NCBI GenBank assembly: GCA_964457545.1
Contig: CAYWEN010000003.1
Coordinates: 5,068 to 69,067 of the forward strand
Direction: 5' to 3'
From: an uncultured Desulfobacterales bacterium
GTDB lineage: Bacteria > Desulfobacterota > DSM-4660 > Desulfatiglandales > Desulfatiglandaceae
Length of the DNA stretch: 64,000 nt
Shown: positions 20,887 to 30,248 of the stretch, piece after piece
Position numbering within the stretch: position 1 is the first letter of the stretch
How the letters are laid out: the number at the start of each line of letters is the position of its first letter
Notes under the pieces: model-generated
Seen by the model: the letters and a program-made list of their open reading frames with translations, nothing else
What the model was told of the DNA's origin: nothing
Database searches by the model: none
Made by a program: the position numbers and the translations under genes

Positions 20887-21285
20887 TTGGAAATGTCGGG
20901 ATTTGACAATATGTTTACTGATGATGTTTTGATCGAACTGTTTCCTGTACAACGGACAGCACAGTTTTTTGAGGCGCTATTTGGTGATGACAGTGAAGGG
21001 GCATATGATATTGGCCTTAAGTACTCCGGCTTCAGAAACAATGCATTATGTTTTGAATTTCATCTGACACAGAGAAACGGACGATGCCTGGTATGCAGTC
21101 TGACACATGGATTGCCGGAAGTATTCAAACGCCACCCTGTAATAGGGATCGAAAAACTCGTTCAGAAAATAAATGAAATCATAAAAGGGAAGGGAACATG
21201 TGTTGACTGGCAATTAGGTCGTACCCAGCAGATTTCGGAACATTTGCATGTAATTCCATTAAGGATTACCCTTGATCTTGAATAG
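20887..21285 (+). CDS. Hypothetical protein (132 aa), no family recognised
   Basis: The ORF lies directly downstream of the M23 peptidase, with GGGAGG upstream. The alternative ATG at 20893 is equally possible. I recognise no motif. Confidence 0.5.
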   Translation: MEMSGFDNMFTDDVLIELFPVQRTAQFFEALFGDDSEGAYDIGLKYSGFRNNALCFEFHLTQRNGRCLVCSLTHGLPEVFKRHPVIGIEKLVQKINEIIKGKGTCVDWQLGRTQQISEHLHVIPLRITLDLE

Positions 21286-21316
21286 CAATCTTTTGTGTGG
21301 TTATAGGGAGTTGCAG

Positions 21317-22039
21317 ATGACAGATACAAACAACAAGATATCTTGTGCACGCTGGAGTGACCGGTTGTTGTTATGCACACTGCCTCCTGTCCTTGCCTCG
21401 ATAATAAAACTTGTCAACAGTTCCTGCAAACTTGTTGATGTTATAGAAGGAAAAGAGACCGTGGAGGCTCTATCCAGACAGAACAAAGGAGCCCTGTATG
21501 TTTCTTGGCACCAGAGGATGTTTTATTATATTCATTGTTTTGGACACAAATCTCTCTATATAATGATCAGCCAAAGCAGGGATGGGGAATATGCCACAAA
21601 AACGGCTTCCCTGCTCGGGTTTAGAAATGTCCGTGGTTCTTCCACACGTAATGGGACAAGGGCACTCAGGGAACAGATCAGGATACTTAAAGACGGTGGA
21701 GTGGCTGGAGTATTGGCTGATGGTCCGACAGGTCCTCCGCGTTTGGCAAAAATTGGCCCTGTTATAATGGCCAGAAACAGCCATGTGCCTGTTATTCCGG
21801 TCTCATGCAGTTATGACAAGTGTTGGATTCTGAATTCCTGGGATCGTCATTTGATACCAAAACCGTTTTCTCGTGTAGTTTGTTGCTATGGAAAACCCTT
21901 GTTTGTTCCGGCAGATGTTCGTGGTGAAGAGCTGGAGTCTTACCGGATTGAACTGGAAAACAGGCTGAATTATATTACCGATCTCTGTGACAGTTTTTTT
22001 GGAGTGCAGTGGCCGGCAAGTAAAACGGAAAAGGCATAA
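21317..22039 (+). CDS. DUF374 domain protein (lysophospholipid-acyltransferase-like)
   Basis: YVSWHQRMF...SQSRDGEY...GF..VRGSSTRNG..AL and ADGPTGP match the DUF374 pattern. ATG 21317 has GGGAG upstream. Confidence 0.65.
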   Translation: MTDTNNKISCARWSDRLLLCTLPPVLASIIKLVNSSCKLVDVIEGKETVEALSRQNKGALYVSWHQRMFYYIHCFGHKSLYIMISQSRDGEYATKTASLLGFRNVRGSSTRNGTRALREQIRILKDGGVAGVLADGPTGPPRLAKIGPVIMARNSHVPVIPVSCSYDKCWILNSWDRHLIPKPFSRVVCCYGKPLFVPADVRGEELESYRIELENRLNYITDLCDSFFGVQWPASKTEKA

Positions 22040-22070
22040 TCATATGATATGCAAGTAATGAGAGCTGATA

Positions 22071-22874
22071 ATGAATACAATCAAAATCAAGGATATAGTG
22101 TGTTTTTGTGTACTGATATGGATGGGTTCTTTGTCTTCCTGCTCAACAGGGAATTATTACCAACGGGCTGGCAGGTGCTCGCATCACAAGAAGCTTGTAA
22201 TATTGTCAAAAACCGTTAAGGATAGGTCCTTGAGGCCTTATGTGATTAATGGTACGACATTTTATCCCTTGCCCAGTTCAGAGGGGTTTGTTCAGACAGG
22301 GCTTGCTTCCTGGTACGGACCAAAATTTCATGGGAATAAAACTGCAAGCGGAGAGATGTATAACATGTACAAAAAAAGCGCTGCACATAAGACTCTGCCC
22401 TTAGGTACATATGTAAAGGTGTTGAACCTGCATAACGGGAAACAGACTGTAGTCAGGATTAATGATCGCGGGCCATTTGTAAAAGGGCGGATTATTGACT
22501 TGTCTTATGCAGCAGCAAAGGAGATAGGACTTGTGGGTCCTGGTGTGGCAAAGGTGAAAATAACTGCGCTGGGGAGACAGGTTGATACCATAAAATCTCC
22601 GGTTGGAATAAAACCGGTGATAGAAATTCAGGAAATGAGCAGGGGCAATTTTAGTGTTCAGGTTGGTGCATTTATAAAACAGGAGAATGCCTTGAGATTG
22701 ACAGAACGGCTGAAGATAATCTTTAAAAACGTTGATATACAGGTCAAGAAAAGGATGTCTCAAACTGTATACAGGGTAAGAATTTCACACATAAAAACCC
22801 TTGCCAGGGCAAACAGGATTGAGAAAAAACTGGAAGACATGGGTTTTAAGCAGGCCTTTATTGTGAGACTTTAA
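22071..22874 (+). CDS. rlpA: Septal-ring lytic transglycosylase RlpA with C-terminal SPOR domain
   Basis: It has a lipoprotein-like N-terminus (..LSSCS), the DPBB motif [20 protein letters not shown]...VRINDRGPF, and a SPOR-like tail (FSVQVGAF...). Confidence 0.85.
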   Translation: MNTIKIKDIVCFCVLIWMGSLSSCSTGNYYQRAGRCSHHKKLVILSKTVKDRSLRPYVINGTTFYPLPSSEGFVQTGLASWYGPKFHGNKTASGEMYNMYKKSAAHKTLPLGTYVKVLNLHNGKQTVVRINDRGPFVKGRIIDLSYAAAKEIGLVGPGVAKVKITALGRQVDTIKSPVGIKPVIEIQEMSRGNFSVQVGAFIKQENALRLTERLKIIFKNVDIQVKKRMSQTVYRVRISHIKTLARANRIEKKLEDMGFKQAFIVRL

Positions 22875-23063
22875 CGTGAACCTTGTTAAAAACAGACACA
22901 CAGTATGCTTTTTGATAAACACATCGCTTATACTACAGGATGCAAAAACCTTTTTGAATCGTTGGTGAAAAACTGAAACATAATGAATATTCAACCCCTG
23001 GTCTGCCTGTCTTGCAGTATTTGATAACACATGCCTTGTATTTGTTCATAAAGGGATGCCGGA

Positions 23064-23345
23064 TTACTTGTTCATCTTGTCCCTTAAAACGCTGGAGGTC
23101 TTGAACACTACAACTCGCCGTGCCCGTAACTGTAAGTCCTGGGCTGTATGCGGGTTTCTTCCTCTTCTTTCAGACTTGTCTCTGACGATGAACTTGCCAA
23201 AGCCGCTTATCAGCAGATCTTCCCCATTTTCCAGTGTTTCTTTTATAATATCTATAAGCTGTTCAACAACCTGTTTTGATTGTACCTTGGTCAAGCCGAC
23301 CTGATTATAAATCTTGTCAACAAGAGTCTTTTTGGTTACTGCCAC
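23064..23345 (-). CDS. HU/IHF-family DNA-binding protein (IHF-alpha-like)
   Basis: GFGKFIVRDKSERRGRNPHTAQDLQLRARRVVVFK is the HU/IHF arm. GTG 23345 has AAGGAGG 8 nt upstream and gives 93 aa. The listed ORF extends to 23414. Confidence 0.8.
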   Translation of the reverse strand: MAVTKKTLVDKIYNQVGLTKVQSKQVVEQLIDIIKETLENGEDLLISGFGKFIVRDKSERRGRNPHTAQDLQLRARRVVVFKTSSVLRDKMNK

Positions 23346-23741
23346 TACTACTTCCTCCTTTCCTGTATTTTCCGGATTAAACGGTTTGGTTTGTCTGATC
23401 TTCAGCAAGATCATGCAACTTGTTTAAGACTGCCGGTAAGCCCGTTGTTTTTTTGATTTGTTACACAGGGTTATATCAACAACGAAATTTCAAACTATGG
23501 CATATCACAAAACCTGTCAAGTTTTTTTCAGTAAAAATATATCTTCAGGCAGTACCCATGAAATTTATGGTGCATTGGGGTGTCCGATTCTTTGCATCCG
23601 TCGGGTGTACGGTTCCACTGCCTGAAAGAGGATTTTTTCAGAAACAGGATGTCTTTACAGGATCAAGGAAACCGGATAATGACCGGAATCTGTTCCTGTA
23701 TCAGCGCTGTATAAGCACAAAGTAACCAGCACTGCCGTGTT

Positions 23742-24224
23742 TCAGGAAAATTTTTCTTTAAGTTTTCTGTTGACCGTTTCCGGAACAAGGTCCCTTATGT
23801 TCCCCCCAAACCTGGCAGCTTCCTTTACAACGGTGGAACTTGTATAAAACCATTTGTAATCGGTCATAAGGAAGATTGATTCAATGGATTTATCCAATTT
23901 TCTGTTCATAAGGGCAAGTTGAAACTCATATTCAAAATCAGACATGGCACGCAGCCCGCGTAGAATCACCTTTGCACCTTTCTGGACTGCATAGTCCACC
24001 AACAGGCCATTAAATGAATCTACTTCAATATCCCCAAGGCCCTTGGTCACCTCCTGTATCATCTCTGCCCTTTCATCTAAGGTAAACAGGGTCTTTTTCT
24101 GTGGATTTATCAGAATGGCGACTGTCAATCTGTTAAATATTGACAGTCCTCGCCTTATGATACTTATATGTCCGTTTGTTATTGGATCAAATGTGCCTGG
24201 ATAGATTGCCGTTATACAGTTCAT
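23742..24224 (-). CDS. coaD: Phosphopantetheine adenylyltransferase
   Basis: AIYPGTFDPITNGHISII (the T/HxGH motif) and a length of about 160 aa. Start taken at ATG 24224. Confidence 0.9.
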   Translation of the reverse strand: MNCITAIYPGTFDPITNGHISIIRRGLSIFNRLTVAILINPQKKTLFTLDERAEMIQEVTKGLGDIEVDSFNGLLVDYAVQKGAKVILRGLRAMSDFEYEFQLALMNRKLDKSIESIFLMTDYKWFYTSSTVVKEAARFGGNIRDLVPETVNRKLKEKFS

Positions 24225-24448
24225 ACAATAAAAGCCTTTTATCAAAACTGATATGACCTTGAATTTTGTGAGCCTTGAACAGAGCAGGGATGGTAAAAGT
24301 CAGTTTGTTCCTTGCTCTGCGTTGCTTTTATTACCTGAATCCTGCAGGTGTAGAGTTTGCCGAATATGCAAGGTGGCAAGGGCGCAGAAGACGTACTATG
24401 ACTCCTTGTCAACGCCCAGATTCGGCAAGATCGGTGCTCCCGGAGGGC

Positions 24449-24546
24449 AAACTGTTTTCAAAAACCGAGGACGTTATGGCCGCATTCAAATTGATGAATA
24501 TCGTGCAAGCATAACGTTACCATAATTCCCTTTTTGAAAACAGTTT
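24449..24546. repeat. Composite inverted repeat (perfect 16-bp outer arms plus 8-bp inner arms) overlapping the rsmD stop codon
   Basis: AAACTGTTTTCAAAAA (24449-24464) pairs with TTTTTGAAAACAGTTT (24531-24546). Nested inside, ACGTTATG (24471-24478) pairs with CATAACGT (24510-24517). Confidence 0.8.
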
Positions 24547-25108
24547 ATGCAGGGTTCAGGTTGCAGTAAAAACATACCTGTGTGTCTCCGTAGATACGGG
24601 TATCGGTTTTTTTGAGACAACCCGCCAATGAGGGCAGATCTTCGTTGCGGGATGACTCCGCTATAATCTGTGCATTATCTGAAAGGCACAGAACAGAGGA
24701 TATTTCTGTCAAGAGCGGCGGGATCAACTTTTTTCTGTACGGTGGATCAACAAATACAAGATCAAAGCTGTTTTTTAATGGAAACGATATTTGTCCCATA
24801 CCTTTTCTTAAATCTCTTTTTATTACATAGCTGTTGTTTTCATAACAACATAATGCAAGGTTTTTTTTTATCAGATTGATAGCAGAGGGGGATTTGTCTA
24901 CAAAGGTAACGCATGCTGCCTTTCTGCTCAGGGATTCGATTCCAAGGCTTCCGGTTCCTGCAAACAGATCAAGTACAAAAAGCCCTGAAAGTTCCTGCCC
25001 GATAATGTTAAAAATGGCTTCTCTGACCTTATCCGAGGTTGGCCTGATGTTCATGCCTTTTGCTGTAAAAAGATGTCTGCCTTTTGCTGTACCGCCTGTA
25101 ATCCTCAC
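24545..25108 (-). CDS. rsmD: 16S rRNA (guanine966-N2)-methyltransferase RsmD
   Basis: MRITGGTAKGRHL..., LDLFAGTGSLGIE and VFVDPPY motifs, 187 aa. Confidence 0.85.
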   Translation of the reverse strand: MRITGGTAKGRHLFTAKGMNIRPTSDKVREAIFNIIGQELSGLFVLDLFAGTGSLGIESLSRKAACVTFVDKSPSAINLIKKNLALCCYENNSYVIKRDLRKGMGQISFPLKNSFDLVFVDPPYRKKLIPPLLTEISSVLCLSDNAQIIAESSRNEDLPSLAGCLKKTDTRIYGDTQVCFYCNLNPA

Positions 25109-25201
25109 AATAAAAATCCATACAACATACTGATATAAAGAGGTTCAAACCGTTTTTATTATAAAGCCGGGGTGAACTGTTACCGGTTTTTTATGTGGCT
25201 G

Positions 25202-26002
25202 TTATTTTTCATGTACAGCAGGGATCTTGTTCTCTTTAATTATCTTTGGCTTGGAGCGCAGTTTTTTCAAGCGGTACGCTGTTATAACTGGCCCGCAGAT
25301 AATATACAAAAACAGAACAAAAAACAGTATGATTTTAGGCTTGTAGGCTATAACAATAAATATGAGAATGCTGGAAACCAGCATGTTAAATGGCCTCTGT
25401 TTCTTAAACTCAAACTCTTTGAAACTTGGATAACGTATGTTACTTACCATCAAAAACGACAGAACATATATCAAAACAATGATAAAAATATGTGTGGGTG
25501 CAGGTGTAACAAATCCCATTTCTGATGCAAACAGTATAAAGCATGCAATAAAACTTGCGGCGCCGGGAATTGGTAATCCTTTGAAATAATTGGGATCAAC
25601 AGCGCTATGTTGCACATTAAATCTTGCCAGCCGCAAGGCTCCACAAATTACAAACATAAAGCTTGCCAGCCATCCGAGCCGGCCAAATGGTTCAAGCGCC
25701 CACTGGTATACCAGTAATGCAGGGGCTACGCCAAAGGCAACAAGATCAGACAGAGAATCATATTCTGCTCCGAACTGACTGGTAGTATGAGTAAAACGGG
25801 CAACCTTTCCATCGATCATATCAAAAACACACGATATGAGAATTGCAGTAGCCGCTACCTCGTAATGGCCTTTAAATGCAGCTATAATAGAATAAAACCC
25901 ACTGAACAAACTGCCGGATGTAAACATGCTGGGCAGAATGTATATTCCCCTGCGTCCCTTGCTCATCTTGCTGTATGATCCTTTTTTCTTTTCTGATTTC
26001 AT
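25202..26002 (-). CDS. pssA: CDP-diacylglycerol--serine O-phosphatidyltransferase
   Basis: It has the CDP-alcohol phosphatidyltransferase motif DMIDGKVAR....FGAEYDSLSDLV, is multi-TM, and overlaps psd by 4 bp. Confidence 0.85.
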   Translation of the reverse strand: MKSEKKKGSYSKMSKGRRGIYILPSMFTSGSLFSGFYSIIAAFKGHYEVAATAILISCVFDMIDGKVARFTHTTSQFGAEYDSLSDLVAFGVAPALLVYQWALEPFGRLGWLASFMFVICGALRLARFNVQHSAVDPNYFKGLPIPGAASFIACFILFASEMGFVTPAPTHIFIIVLIYVLSFLMVSNIRYPSFKEFEFKKQRPFNMLVSSILIFIVIAYKPKIILFFVLFLYIICGPVITAYRLKKLRSKPKIIKENKIPAVHEK

Positions 26003-26658
26003 GGCAAATACCCCACAATAGTTTCACCGGCCTTTACCTTCTGTCCAAGATGTACATTTACCTTGCTGTTATCGGCCATAAAGACCTCAAGCCTTGAGCC
26101 AAAACGTATAAGCCCGAAACGTTGTCCCTGCAAAACAGTGTCTCCCTCTTTAACCCAGCATACAATACGCCTTGCAATCAGACCTGCTATCTGAATAACT
26201 GCAATTTGCTGGTGAGTATCTGTTTCCATGCAAACAATGTTTTTTTCATTCTGCTCTGATGCCTTATCAAGGTCGGCAGAGAAAAATTTGCCCGGATGAT
26301 AGGAGATGTGTTTAACACTGCCTTTAACAGGTATACGGTTGACATGCACATTGAAAAGAGACATGAAGATGCTGATCTTGACGGCATCCTGTTTTAATGG
26401 ATTGTTTTCAGCTTTTACCTTCCTGATCTCTATAACCTCCCCATCTGCCGGAGACAGCACAGAATCCTGGGTTTGTCTGCATTTTCTTTCAGGATCCCTG
26501 AAAAAAAATATTACAAACAGAGTTACAAGACAAAAGAACAGGAAAGGAAGGATCATGTTTAAGAACAAAAACAGGCAGGTTATGGATAAGGACAAAAGAA
26601 TAAAGGGCAAGCCTTCTCTTGCTACAGGCCACTTGTTATGTATATGCAAGGTGTTCAT
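25999..26658 (-). CDS. psd: Phosphatidylserine decarboxylase (short form)
   Basis: 219 aa with two N-terminal TM helices and the self-cleavage region FGSRLEV near the C-terminus. It is coupled to pssA. Confidence 0.8.
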   Translation of the reverse strand: MNTLHIHNKWPVAREGLPFILLSLSITCLFLFLNMILPFLFFCLVTLFVIFFFRDPERKCRQTQDSVLSPADGEVIEIRKVKAENNPLKQDAVKISIFMSLFNVHVNRIPVKGSVKHISYHPGKFFSADLDKASEQNEKNIVCMETDTHQQIAVIQIAGLIARRIVCWVKEGDTVLQGQRFGLIRFGSRLEVFMADNSKVNVHLGQKVKAGETIVGYLP

Positions 26659-26890
26659 TACAATATTCCTGAACCGGATTGATTGTTGTTTGAAAGCATT
26701 CGAAATTTTGCATACTGTATTCTAAAACTATAAAAGGCACTGCCACCTCAATTTTGATTATATTTTTAAGAGGTTGTTTTGTCAACGATGATGATTTTAT
26801 TACAATGGTGGTTTATCCTGTCTTGCAACACCCGCTGGTTTGAAACGCAGCCATGATTTGTCAAAGATCAATCAATTTATACCCAATGAA

Positions 26891-27616
26891 TCAATCCTGG
26901 GCCCTGGCTGAATCATTTTCATTGATACGGCTTGAAGCAGGGGAGTAAGGTCTGATGTCAGGAGGCCTGAGGTATATAGGTGATACATTCTCCGGTGTGT
27001 CGAACTGACGGGCATGGAATTTTTTAAGGGCAAGTGCTCCAACCACGCTTGCCTTTAGGTTCCAGCAATGGGATGGTGCCAATATTGCCTTGTTGCCCAT
27101 ACAGTCTTTTATAACTGGACCTTGCGAAGAGAAGTTGTTTCCAACGAACAGAACGGGTTTTTCAAAAAAAAGAGGAAATTCTTTCAGGTGCAGGGAAAGA
27201 TATTCTGTTTTTCTGACAAGAGAAGCATTGTTATATTCAAACAGGGCAGTAAAAAATTCTTCCCTTCTGGAATCAAGGACAGGGGCAATATCATAATCCG
27301 AAAACAGCGCCCCGTGTGCCAGGGCATCAAGACTGGGAACTGTGATTATTGGAATGCCAAGACCGTGACAGAGGCCTTTTGCAGTGGAAAGGCCAACCCT
27401 CAGTCCTGTAAAACTGCCGGGACCGGTAGCAACAGCAATGGCCTTAAGTTCAAAGAGACTGTAATCAGATGTTTTGAACAAAAAGTCCAGGGATGCCATT
27501 AAACCTCCAAAGTGGTTTTTCCCCTCTGCCATAAAAACTTCGGAAATAACGGCCCCGTTTTCCTTTAATACAGACAAACTGAATTCACGCGTAGAGGTGT
27601 TGACGGCAAGTATCAT
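26891..27616 (-). CDS. tsaB: tRNA t6A biosynthesis protein TsaB
   Basis: MILAVNTSTREFSLSV..., GPGSFTGLRVGLSTAKGL, 241 aa. Confidence 0.85.
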   Translation of the reverse strand: MILAVNTSTREFSLSVLKENGAVISEVFMAEGKNHFGGLMASLDFLFKTSDYSLFELKAIAVATGPGSFTGLRVGLSTAKGLCHGLGIPIITVPSLDALAHGALFSDYDIAPVLDSRREEFFTALFEYNNASLVRKTEYLSLHLKEFPLFFEKPVLFVGNNFSSQGPVIKDCMGNKAILAPSHCWNLKASVVGALALKKFHARQFDTPENVSPIYLRPPDIRPYSPASSRINENDSARAQD

Positions 27617-27647
27617 AGGTCTGTTTTAATCCTGTATATCAATCCTT

Positions 27648-28730
27648 CTATTTCAGGATTCTTGCAATATCGTTATAAAAGACTACAAGCATAAGCATTA
27701 TTAACAGTGCAATTCCTACCTGCTGTGCCCGTTCTTTCAGCTTTACCGTAAGAGATTTTCCTGTAACGAGTTCAATCAGGAAAAACACTATGAGACCTCC
27801 ATCCAGTACCGGTATGGGTAAAAGATTCAATATGCCAAGATTAATACTGATAACGGCCATAAATGGAACAAGGTAGATGATATTTTCCTTTGCCAATTGC
27901 CCTGTCATCTGTCCGATAAGTATAGGTCCTCCAAGGGTTTTAAGTGGAATTACCCTCTGAACCAGTTTTACGACTGTCAGGCAGGTAAGTTCTGTTATCT
28001 TCCATGTCCTTTTTACACCCATTTTTATGGCTGACAATGGACTGAGAGAGACAAGCTTTATCTTTCCTGAGTGAACAACACCAATGATCACAGACGTCAC
28101 CTTTTCTCCAAAAAGGTTCTTTATTACTGATTTCTGGGGGACAATGACAGTTTTAAGGAATCGGTGATTCCTTTTTATTGTACATGTCAGAGGAGATCCT
28201 TTGGAGTGTTCTACTGCCTGTCTGAGGCCTTCCCACGTATCTATTTTTTTGTCATTAATTGAAACAAAGATATCCCCTTTTTTCAGGCCTGCGTGTGCGG
28301 CGGGAGAATCTGGAGTGACCTGGCCGACTTCAGGTACCCTTACTTCTGCACCCGCTGCCATATAAAAAAATATAAACAGGATAAGTGCCAATAATATATT
28401 GAAAACAGGACCTGCCGCTACAATGACAATACGTTTTAACACATGCTGATTGCTAAAGGATTTTTCTGTTTCCTCTATGGGCAGTTGGCTGTTATCATCG
28501 GTCTCCTCTTCACCAAAGAGCTTGACATATCCGCCAAGTGGAATCATGGAAATCATGTATTCTGTTTCTCCGATTTTTTTCCCAAATATCTTTGGGCCAA
28601 AACCGAGAGAAAACTTTTCTACCTTTACTCCAAAATATTTGGCAGCAAGAAAATGACCTAGTTCGTGAAAGAAGATCAATATTCCTAATACAATAACAAA
28701 AGGCAATACATAATAAAGAACAACGTCCAT
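27648..28730 (-). CDS. rseP: RIP site-2 metalloprotease RseP (M50)
   Basis: HELGHF zinc motif, a PDZ segment (PAAHAGLKKGD), the distal LNLLPIPVLDGG motif, 360 aa. Confidence 0.9.
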   Translation of the reverse strand: MDVVLYYVLPFVIVLGILIFFHELGHFLAAKYFGVKVEKFSLGFGPKIFGKKIGETEYMISMIPLGGYVKLFGEEETDDNSQLPIEETEKSFSNQHVLKRIVIVAAGPVFNILLALILFIFFYMAAGAEVRVPEVGQVTPDSPAAHAGLKKGDIFVSINDKKIDTWEGLRQAVEHSKGSPLTCTIKRNHRFLKTVIVPQKSVIKNLFGEKVTSVIIGVVHSGKIKLVSLSPLSAIKMGVKRTWKITELTCLTVVKLVQRVIPLKTLGGPILIGQMTGQLAKENIIYLVPFMAVISINLGILNLLPIPVLDGGLIVFFLIELVTGKSLTVKLKERAQQVGIALLIMLMLVVFYNDIARILK

Positions 28731-28731
28731 A

Positions 28732-29907
28732 TTAGCCTACCAACTCCCCTGCTTTTTTCCTTGCCCATTTGTCTGCGGCAAGAACTGCATCTATGCTGTT
28801 AATAACAAATGTTTCATGTTCTTTCATGGTTTTTTCGATCAGGGCAGGGATATCCATAAAACCTATCTTGCCATTTAAAAAGGCCTCTACTGCAATTTCA
28901 TTGGCTCCATTCATGACGGCGGGCATGCTTTGGCCTATATCGATTGCCTCAAGGGCAAGAGCGAGACATCTGAATCGTTGCATATCCGGTTTTTCAAAGG
29001 TCAGTGTGCCAATCTGTTCAAGGTCAAGAGGTGGCAGATCATTTTTCAGTCGCTGTGGCCATGACAGTGCATAGGAAATGGGAACAGCCATGTCCGGTAC
29101 CCCCAACTGGGCAATAACAGCGCCATCGCGATACCTTACCATGGAATGTATAATGCTTTGGGGATGTACGAGAACCGATATCTGGTCCACGTCAAGATCA
29201 AAAAGCCATTTTGCTTCAATTACTTCCAGCCCCTTATTCATCATGGTAGCAGAATCAATCGTAATCTTTTGTCCCATGTCCCAGTTGGGATGTTTCAGTG
29301 CATCTGCAGCGGTAACATTGTACATCTGCTCAGCAGTCATTTCTCTGAATGGCCCGCCTGAAGCAGTAAGAATAATGCTTTCTATATCTTCTCTCATATG
29401 GCCCTGCATTGACTGGAAAACAGCGCTATGTTCACTGTCAACAGGAATAATGGATGTATGCTGTTTTTCTGCTTCCTCTGTTACAAGAGGACCTGCCATT
29501 ACCATTGTTTCTTTGTTGGCAAGGGCGATTTCTTTTCCTGCCCTGATGGCCTCAAATGTAGGAAGCAGTCCGGCTGCACCTGCTATGGCAGAAATAACTG
29601 TATCTACGCTATCCATGGTTGCAACATGGACAAAACCGTCTGTTCCGTAAAATATTTCGGGCCTTACATCACTGTTATCAAGATTTTCTTTCAAGATAGC
29701 AGCAGATTCCATGTCAAGCACTGCAACTGCTTTTGGTTTCATCTCCTGGATCTGTTGCATAAAAAGATGCATGTTTTTGCCTGCTGACAAGCCATAAACA
29801 GTATACCTGTCAGGGTTTTGTTTTATGATATTCAGTGCGTTTACCCCTATGGAACCGGTTGAACCAAGGACAGTTATATTTTTTCTTTTTTTTAAATCCA
29901 TTACCAT
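28732..29907 (-). CDS. dxr: 1-deoxy-D-xylulose-5-phosphate reductoisomerase
   Basis: ITVLGSTGSIG, LANKE, PVDSEHSA and HPNWDMG motifs, 391 aa. Confidence 0.95.
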   Translation of the reverse strand: MVMDLKKRKNITVLGSTGSIGVNALNIIKQNPDRYTVYGLSAGKNMHLFMQQIQEMKPKAVAVLDMESAAILKENLDNSDVRPEIFYGTDGFVHVATMDSVDTVISAIAGAAGLLPTFEAIRAGKEIALANKETMVMAGPLVTEEAEKQHTSIIPVDSEHSAVFQSMQGHMREDIESIILTASGGPFREMTAEQMYNVTAADALKHPNWDMGQKITIDSATMMNKGLEVIEAKWLFDLDVDQISVLVHPQSIIHSMVRYRDGAVIAQLGVPDMAVPISYALSWPQRLKNDLPPLDLEQIGTLTFEKPDMQRFRCLALALEAIDIGQSMPAVMNGANEIAVEAFLNGKIGFMDIPALIEKTMKEHETFVINSIDAVLAADKWARKKAGELVG

Positions 29908-30002
29908 CTTAGTATCTTGAATATATCATGAATTTGTAAAATAAAGATTTTTGGGAAGCCCTGCTTTTTTGCTGGTTTCTTTGTCATGTCAGGATCTTAA
30001 GC

Positions 30003-30178
30003 AGTGTTCATCCAGAAACAGATTCTGATTGCTGTCCGGTTTTTAATCCATGAACGGGAGTGTTCGGACAAGATCAGGCAAATCAATGTGTTGTACGGAG
30101 ACGTACGTCTCACACGGGATCCTGCGCAGATTGGCACCAGGGATTATGCAAAAAGGCCATTTATGGATTGGAACTAAT
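30003..30178 (+). repeat. Dispersed intergenic repeat family, full long copy (forward orientation)
   Basis: AGTGTTCATCCAGAAACAGATT...ATCCATGAACGGGAG...GGACAAGATCAGGCAAATCAAT...GATTATGCAAAAAGGCCATTTATGGATTGGAAC. It contains a perfect 14-bp palindrome GAGACGTACGTCTC at 30098-30111. It lies between cdsA and dxr. Confidence 0.8.
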
Positions 30179-30248
30179 CATAAAATTGTTGCGATTAAAA
30201 TTCTGTTCCCTTGAACCTGAACAGGATTGAAGCTCTTGCAAAGCTCTT

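Noticed and set aside
30133-30152. TGGCAC within repeat copy 30003-30178 (and TGGGCAC in other copies) as a sigma54 -24/-12 promoter
   Set aside because: The downstream GC dinucleotide is not at the required GG-N10-GC spacing (TGGCACCAGGGATTATGCA). The same applies to TGGCAT sites at about 50036 and about 52737.
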